64,000 nt of DNA from Trypanosoma brucei (Eukaryota): NCBI GenBank assembly GCA_000002445.1, contig CP000067.1, positions 960,001 through 1,024,000 on the forward strand, read 5' to 3'. Shown here piece by piece: positions 57,589 through 64,000 of the stretch. The notes below the pieces were generated by a model. That model was not told the DNA's origin. It was given only the letters and a program-made list of their open reading frames with translations, and ran no database searches. A program made the position numbers and the translations under genes. Each line of letters opens with the position of its first letter. Positions within the stretch are counted from its first letter, which is position 1.

Positions 57589-60500
57589 TTAATTCCCGTG
57601 AAGTTCACGCTCCAATCCATGATTAGAAATTATAATGAGTGACGCACTCCCGAGTGTGCTGACAGAGTGCTCACTGCCACTTGCTGCACAGTGATCCGCA
57701 ACTCGACCCACTTTCACTGCAATACGCCGTATAACTCCTTCGCAATATTCCTCATTCCACGTGGCTTTCGATGACGGCGGGAGGCTCACCTGCCAGCGCT
57801 CGCATAAAGGCATCAATAGCTGCTGTTGGTGTGCAGGAGCGAACGCACCAAAAACTGCTTTAATCGATATCGAGAATTTCTGTGCCGACGCGTTGATTGA
57901 TCCACGTAAGGATCCCGTATCGCTGAAGGAAGTGCTTGACAGATCCCCGTCCTCGCCAGCTTCGTGGTCCAACCTCAGTGCTGCGAAGGACCGTCCGACT
58001 ACAGCGTTTAGTTGGTACATTTCAACAGGCTCAGGGACGCCACGCAACGACATGGATCCAAGAGCTGTCACGTCAAGTTGCCCACGCTCTGAATTGCTTA
58101 GCGAAAGATATGCCGCGCGCGTCAGCAGCACCTGACCACCATTAGCCACACTTTCTGTTCGCGCTGCCATGTTTGATGTTCGCCCGTAGTAATCGTAGCC
58201 TTTTGTCACTTCGTCATGACGGATATCGCAAAGACCAGTGTGGACCCCGACACGCACGCGCAACCCATTCCACAGTTGGCGATAAACCTCAGGATCCAAC
58301 CGTGCGGACGGTGCCTTGTATTCGTTATCGTCATCTGCACGCTGCCTCTCAAACTCACGATACGAATCGTCGAATGCTGTGGTGCCCCACTCATGGCGCA
58401 GGAAGCACCGCTGTAAGTCGGACGCAAGCTGTGCAGCAGCAAAAGGTTTTTTACAAGCAATCATAAACGAGTCCCCGACAGTCTTTACCTCATAGCATCC
58501 GTACTGTACGATGAGTGAGCGGATAAGACGGTGGTGTGTTGACACGGCATCAGGCATCAGCTCAGGGTGTGCTGCCCACTGCGCTGTGCTGCTCTCTATG
58601 TCAGTAAAGATTAGCGTTACGGGCTCCACCGGCTCCTTGGGAGCACTGTCATTGTCACGCGCACCACGGCGCAGAACATAGAGCACCACCACCAGAGGCG
58701 CAGCAAACAAAGCCAAGGCGACGAGGGAACCAACAATAACTCCGGCAAGTTGTGCGGACGACAACTTAATGGCGTTAGGATCAGCGTAGCGTATCAATGG
58801 CGTGACGGGCGAGGTTAATGGCGGTACGGAGGCATTTAATGCACGTGCCAGTGACCACATGGAAATACGCGTTGCGCCATAGTTCACGACACACACCTCT
58901 CCTTGTTCAGGGACTGGGTCATTGGCTGTGAAGCACTCCTTCTCCTCTTCCTCTTCAAAAGGACCGTACCGCATTTCATCCGCGGTAATGATAGATTGCA
59001 TGTAGATGGTGTCAAGCAGCGTTTTGGGTGTCACATACTCCATGCGTGGGAGGACGGCTTGAGCAAACCGTGCAGCAGCGTACCCCAGCAACGGCAGCGG
59101 CTTCCATGCTGATGAGTCTGGCAATGCGGTATGAAATTCTCTTACGATCTCTGATGACGTATTGGCGTCTGCCCAGTGAGGTAAACTTGTCGCGAACTGC
59201 ACACGCTCAGCGTTCGGGTTACCATTGAATGCGCTGACCAGCTCATCATACATCAGGGCAACGTCGAAGAATGGGATGAGCACACGCACATCTGGGTTGC
59301 GATCCAGGTGCGCTGCGAGCAAGGAAGGGTCACCGGGGGCAAGACCAATAACAAACGCATTCCCACGGTTTGGCAGGCGCCCAACAAGGGTGGCATTGTC
59401 ATCCAGCACAGCTACCGTTTGCAGTGTTCCGCCGTGCATCCAAACAATCTTCCGCAGTGCGACCTCAATGATGGTGGCATCAGCTCCACGTACGATGGCA
59501 GACATAGGGGCGCTGGCACTTGTGTTTGTCACGTAACCCACAACAACAAACAACTGCTGCTCGAGTGTGGGTGAAAGTTGAATCACGTTTTTGCCACGAT
59601 GATGCAGGCGTGGTGTAAGCATTACGGGGTCAACGAAGGCAACTTCGGCAATGGACAGCATCGCATCATCAACGACACCAAACACAGCCGTCACACTCCT
59701 TGTGTCAAGCTGATGCTGCAATGTTCTGGCACTTTCCGCTGAGGATGATGCCATTGAATGAAAGAAAAGTCGGTGAAATTGTGTCATATCGGCGTTGCGA
59801 TTGGTAGCTGATGCTGATTTATGAATTTCGCGATTGATTTTTTTTTTTCGATGAGATTCATTGCTGAGGATAAATAATCCGTTAAGTGGTGCATAAAGGA
59901 TGATGCCATCGGCATCGCACATTCCATGTTGTATTACTTTCACCGGGTTCTTTGCTGGTAGAAGTTTGTAATTTTCTGCAAACTGCTTTACGTATACCAC
60001 ACTTCCTCCCTGATTACAGTTGCATGCTGCTCCTCGCTCACCGGCCCCACCTTTGCAGTCTCCACCAAAATCACCAATCACAAGGTCGTCAATAACATAA
60101 CGGCGCTGGTTATACAGTGACTCCATGAATGCCTTCCTGCTTGTTAGCCACTCCCGACTACTTAGCGCCTGGGACAGCACTTCTCCCGCAATCCACCCAT
60201 ACACCATAAGCTCCCCATCCACGTCGTCGTGGTGGAAGTTATCCGTGCCATTGAAAACAGTCACTCCAGGATTAGCGCTCAGGTACGACCTCATGTGATC
60301 CTGAAAGCGCCTGATTGCTTGGTATCGTATGTCTGCTGCTAGTGGATTTGTTCCAGTCAATATTACCTGTCCCGGCTTCAATTGTTTACCAGCCGCCGCT
60401 AGTGCAAAGCGCCACGTCACTTCAACTACGAACTCTAGTGCCGAGGGAGCCAGTACGTAAGCGTCGCGTGTACGTTTGTCAGCTACCATCTTGGTAATAA

Positions 60501-61293
60501 ATTTAACAGTGTCTCTTGCTGCTGGTGGTGCAAATAAAATTACGCCCTGAGGCCGCGTCTTCGCAAACGCTTCCCACGCCGCTTCGAAGGCTCTGTCGTC
60601 AGCAAAAGCTTCCATTGAGCTTTTTACAGTAAACACACCGCACAGCTCACGACCCATATGAGAGAACAGCTCTACTGCATGTTCATGCTCTCTGTCACCA
60701 AACGAAATGTCCTGAAGATACATAAATCCAATCCGAAGCAGGCGCAGTTGGCTGACAGCATACCGGACCAATGCAATAAGCTCGGCAGTGGGTGAAGCGC
60801 GGATAAAATATATGTTGGGATTCCATCCACGTACAGAGTCGGAACCGGTTATAGGAGCGAAGGCAACCAGATCTTCCCGCTCCAGCAATGGAAGTGCGTG
60901 TAATGTTTCAACATCGCCCATTGGCCCGATAATTATAATAAACTTACCTTTATTTTGGTTTATGGTATCATGCAGTGTTTCCATAAATGAAACGTTGTTA
61001 GGGGGAGGCGGCACAACCTGCACCGTTACATTGGGTGCCACAGTCCACTGGCGAGCGGCAAATGACGCATTGAGGCCGGCATTTATTGCTTCAGTTAGCC
61101 TCAGAGGCAACCTTTGTAGGGAGAGAAAAGAGTAAACCTTCACCTTTATGTTTCCCTCTGAGTGCGCTGGAAGAACATTTGAGAACAGTAACAGTGCCAT
61201 AACGGTGGAAAGGCGACAGTGCCACACAGCGGAGCCCGCGGATTTGCTCGCAGCAGGCGTGTGAGGACCATCAGTTTCACTGTGGTAAATCAT
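57589..61293 (-). CDS. GRESAG4: Receptor-type adenylate cyclase (GRESAG4-like), array copy 3 (most divergent extracellular domain and C-terminal tail)
   Basis: 1234 aa. The catalytic region is identical. Copy-specific segments encode VKQFAENYKLLPAKNPVKVIQHGMCDADGIILYAPLNG... and a C-tail patch GSINASAQKFSISIKAVFGAFAPAHQQQ. Confidence 0.88.
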   Translation of the reverse strand: MIYHSETDGPHTPAASKSAGSAVWHCRLSTVMALLLFSNVLPAHSEGNIKVKVYSFLSLQRLPLRLTEAINAGLNASFAARQWTVAPNVTVQVVPPPPNNVSFMETLHDTINQNKGKFIIIIGPMGDVETLHALPLLEREDLVAFAPITGSDSVRGWNPNIYFIRASPTAELIALVRYAVSQLRLLRIGFMYLQDISFGDREHEHAVELFSHMGRELCGVFTVKSSMEAFADDRAFEAAWEAFAKTRPQGVILFAPPAARDTVKFITKMVADKRTRDAYVLAPSALEFVVEVTWRFALAAAGKQLKPGQVILTGTNPLAADIRYQAIRRFQDHMRSYLSANPGVTVFNGTDNFHHDDVDGELMVYGWIAGEVLSQALSSREWLTSRKAFMESLYNQRRYVIDDLVIGDFGGDCKGGAGERGAACNCNQGGSVVYVKQFAENYKLLPAKNPVKVIQHGMCDADGIILYAPLNGLFILSNESHRKKKINREIHKSASATNRNADMTQFHRLFFHSMASSSAESARTLQHQLDTRSVTAVFGVVDDAMLSIAEVAFVDPVMLTPRLHHRGKNVIQLSPTLEQQLFVVVGYVTNTSASAPMSAIVRGADATIIEVALRKIVWMHGGTLQTVAVLDDNATLVGRLPNRGNAFVIGLAPGDPSLLAAHLDRNPDVRVLIPFFDVALMYDELVSAFNGNPNAERVQFATSLPHWADANTSSEIVREFHTALPDSSAWKPLPLLGYAAARFAQAVLPRMEYVTPKTLLDTIYMQSIITADEMRYGPFEEEEEKECFTANDPVPEQGEVCVVNYGATRISMWSLARALNASVPPLTSPVTPLIRYADPNAIKLSSAQLAGVIVGSLVALALFAAPLVVVLYVLRRGARDNDSAPKEPVEPVTLIFTDIESSTAQWAAHPELMPDAVSTHHRLIRSLIVQYGCYEVKTVGDSFMIACKKPFAAAQLASDLQRCFLRHEWGTTAFDDSYREFERQRADDDNEYKAPSARLDPEVYRQLWNGLRVRVGVHTGLCDIRHDEVTKGYDYYGRTSNMAARTESVANGGQVLLTRAAYLSLSNSERGQLDVTALGSMSLRGVPEPVEMYQLNAVVGRSFAALRLDHEAGEDGDLSSTSFSDTGSLRGSINASAQKFSISIKAVFGAFAPAHQQQLLMPLCERWQVSLPPSSKATWNEEYCEGVIRRIAVKVGRVADHCAASGSEHSVSTLGSASLIIISNHGLERELHGN

Positions 61294-63045
61294 TGAATAC
61301 GTGAAGGAAGCAATGAATGGCTTGCTTTAGGTGAGTGGCCGTATGTGTACGCGTGCTTGTTGTCTACAAAAGTTGTGTGGGAGGTGGGTGCAGTGCAAAG
61401 AAATTTGGTGGGATAAAATAAGTGTTAATGTTAGATATGATAGTGCTGCACCGGTATTAAGTCACATAGTTGTATCTTTTTTCTGTTTTCATCTGGATGA
61501 CGTTTCCTTCACCGAGCCGCTGCATGTCATTACTTCCATTGGTATTCGCATTTTTTATATTTGAGAACGATTCAAATCTTATTTATGTTTTCTTTTGTGA
61601 ATTTTAGTTGCAATCTTACTTTTCACCTCGTTTTGTTGCCGTTGTTTTCGTGCTTTTCTACATTCTTTTGCCCATGTGAAAGGGAACATGGGCGTCCGTG
61701 TGCGTGAAAAGCTGCGGATCCCGCTGCTCTTAGCGAATAACGTCAGCGTTGAATTCCACCTGATACAGATAATTTATAAACGGGTACTCGAAATGTCAAC
61801 ATGCTGCTGAGCAGAGCCCAATGCTCTGAAGGGCGAGAGGGGAAATAAGGAGTTGCTGATGGTATCTTTGTTCGACTGCTGCCTTTTGGTGGCGGCGCAT
61901 GGAAGACGACACATATATTTGCCCGTTCATGCACGTAAGGTCGTAGCCCGTGTCGTGTGGCGGGGGACTCTTACTCCCATTTGCCCTGCTGCACTTGTCT
62001 TAACTCCGCTCCATGTTTCTCACCATTCCTTTTTCCGGTGTATCAGAAGTATGAACCATCTTCACGTGAAAAAAAAATAATCAGGGACACCGTTTATGAT
62101 GCTGCGCTGTTAGTCACGTGAGTTTTCGTACGCAGCTCGCCTGCGAACCGTTTGGGGAAAAGGAAGTCACTTGCAGAAGCATGACCTGGTCTCAAAATAG
62201 TGTGTATCGCTCTGTATGGCGGCGTGGAAACACAGATATCGGTTCTGATTGACATATTTTGTACCTTTCCTGCGGCTAGCCTACCTACTACACGGGTTCC
62301 CCGCTTTCTTTTTCTCTAACTCCTCGTACCGTTGCTGCTAGAGGCGTCTAAAAATACAGAGGGAAACAATTTCCCTTTATACTTTCCTTTTCCTTCTTTG
62401 CCAGTGTATCACTACTGCACCGTATCAGCAGTAAGATTCCTTCCTTACCTAGAACCAACCCGGGAAACTGCGGCGGCAGGTGCTCCACCTTCGAACTGAG
62501 TTGGTCTTCGGACTGATGCTACTGGGCCATTTCTCCTCTTTCTTTCGTTAAAGCCCTAACTAAAAAGTGTAGGAGTGGAGGGGGTTTGAAATTTTGTGTA
62601 GGGTTAACAGAGGGCCTCAGTTAAACTCTCAACGACTTATCATCGTCCTCCGTTCTCAGCATCACACTTCCTGCACGATGGGGTGAATTTTCTTTTTTTT
62701 TGACTCACCCCTCGCCTCAGCTTCCCTTTTCCCATGAGTCTGTGACTTTAAAGAGCATATGTGTGGTCGAGAGCTCACCAATTTGTGCCGCTGCAACTAC
62801 GGGGAAAAAGGCCAAATTTCCGAAGCAACCTCCTCCCATGAAACAAAAAGAAAATTAAGGTGCGTACGCACAATGAAGGACAGCGCACACACGCGTGCCC
62901 ACCACGCTCTCTTTCCCTCACTAGCCTTCGTACCGACCAGCATCAAGCATCATTTTTCGCTGGATGTTAGTGAAACTCACAGCGCCAGTTTGCAGCCGTA
63001 CAGCTCTCCCTCCCACCGCTGCGTACGCTTCAGTGCTAATTTGCC

Positions 63046-63999
63046 TCAGCCACGCTTTGGTAGGGCTAGACTAATCATTGAAACCTCGTCGAGATCATCT
63101 TCTTCATGTTCCACTTCGTCCACTGTTATGTTTTCTGTGTTATTGAAGAATGCCGCCATTGCGGTAACGACTTCGCACTGCATGTCACGAAGGGGTTTAA
63201 GCCCATGGTCGTTAAGTACATCCGCAAACTCATCATCATACAAATGTTGGTAGTCCCGTAGGAGCCTCAGCGCCTGACCAACGCTGCTCAGCATCTGACG
63301 GAACTGAAGAATGGCGCTCCCCGTGGCTGCATCTGTCTCCAAGTACCGCTCCGTACTGTAGTATTTGACGGAAAAGACATAAAATTCTCCCTCATCATCG
63401 GCGAAAACAGCATACATGACTTTATGTGTTAGGAGGAGAAGCGAGAGCCAGAACTGCTTATGCGAAGAAATTGCGGTGGAGAAGCTGGCCAGCATCTTGT
63501 TACCCATCAAAGAGAGTTGCACAGGTACAATAATTTCACCCTCCTGCCAGCGGAGACAACTCGGTGAGTGAATATCTGGGACGGCAACAACATCCATGAA
63601 GATTCCCACCGCTGTTTCCTTGGTCTTTTGGTAGGTGTTGCCTTCCGAAACAACCTCCAGTGCTTGAGAAACGAACGCAACATTTGTCATAACGAGCATA
63701 ACAGCGGCCGCTTTCTCCAATTGATTGAGGAGTACGGTTGCATCAGGGACGTCGCGGACAGGAATGAAATTGGCCAATTCGTACTTGATGTGTTGTTCAA
63801 GATCCAAGATGCTCCTCAGCTTGTCGTAGCTTAGATGATGTTGTGCGCACCACATCTTCGCTGCGGTGACATCTTCTCCACTTTTGGCAAACTGTACACG
63901 AAACAATAGAACGGCCTTCATCACAGCCAAAATATCGCTTCGCATACCGCAGCACATTTCGCGCATAGAGTTCTCCGTTTCTTCCATTGCTCCAGCCAC
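63046..63999 (-). CDS. Hypothetical protein (at least 317 aa), possibly continuing beyond the right window edge
   Basis: Long minus-strand ORF whose first Met codon lies at 63997-63999, one base from the window end. Upstream extension cannot be excluded. No motif recognised. Confidence 0.45.
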   Translation of the reverse strand: MAGAMEETENSMREMCCGMRSDILAVMKAVLLFRVQFAKSGEDVTAAKMWCAQHHLSYDKLRSILDLEQHIKYELANFIPVRDVPDATVLLNQLEKAAAVMLVMTNVAFVSQALEVVSEGNTYQKTKETAVGIFMDVVAVPDIHSPSCLRWQEGEIIVPVQLSLMGNKMLASFSTAISSHKQFWLSLLLLTHKVMYAVFADDEGEFYVFSVKYYSTERYLETDAATGSAILQFRQMLSSVGQALRLLRDYQHLYDDEFADVLNDHGLKPLRDMQCEVVTAMAAFFNNTENITVDEVEHEEDDLDEVSMISLALPKRG

Positions 64000-64000
64000 G

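Larger units (their letters stand above)
46516..61418 (-). repeat. Head-to-tail tandem array of about 2.9 copies of a 5161-bp unit (adenylate cyclase gene plus 1462-bp spacer)
   Basis: Gene starts at 50965, 56126 and 61293 and ends at 47267, 52428 and 57589, giving a period of 5161 bp (copy 3 is 6 bp longer). The spacer ORFs are duplicated exactly (51120..51506 matches 56281..56667; 46438..46731 matches 51593..51892). Homology edges are near 46516 and 61418. Confidence 0.95.

Overview
This window looks like an intron-less, polycistronically organised trypanosomatid nuclear chromosome segment, most like an African trypanosome (Trypanosoma brucei group). I infer this from four paralogous receptor-type adenylate cyclase genes of the GRESAG4 kind, long same-strand gene runs, and AT-rich low-complexity intergenic spacers with polypyrimidine tracts. 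Layout: (i) 1-13.2 kb is gene-poor with about 50% GC, no convincing internal CDS, and a possible edge-truncated minus-strand ORF at 1..432. (ii) A solitary plus-strand adenylate cyclase gene lies at 13266..17090. (iii) A roughly 4.5 kb convergent strand-switch region (17.1-21.6 kb) contains a GC/G-run island. (iv) One minus-strand gene run covers 21.6-64 kb. It carries a hypothetical Asn-rich protein, a CAMK-like protein kinase, a small membrane protein, a USP14/Ubp6-like deubiquitinase, a conserved hypothetical, RPB2, a two-TM membrane protein, a 158-aa hypothetical, the NOP2 rRNA m5C-methyltransferase, a WDR12/Ytm1-like WD40 protein, then a head-to-tail tandem array of three adenylate cyclase genes (5161-bp unit, 46516-61418), and one more hypothetical ORF touching the right edge. 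No rRNA, tRNA, CRISPR or bacterial-type mobile element could be supported. The most interesting structure is the adenylate cyclase family. Its catalytic half is near-identical in all four copies, including the inverted copy 30 kb away, while the extracellular N-terminal half is a patchwork of copy-specific segments. Homology between the inverted copy and the array breaks exactly at the last few codons, giving the solitary copy a different C-terminal tail and 3' flank. Also notable are a near-perfect 205-bp inverted repeat pair bracketing 3.9 kb just upstream of the solitary cyclase, and G/C homopolymer runs of 11-13 nt in intergenic regions. All identifications rest on motif recognition by eye; no database search was possible.
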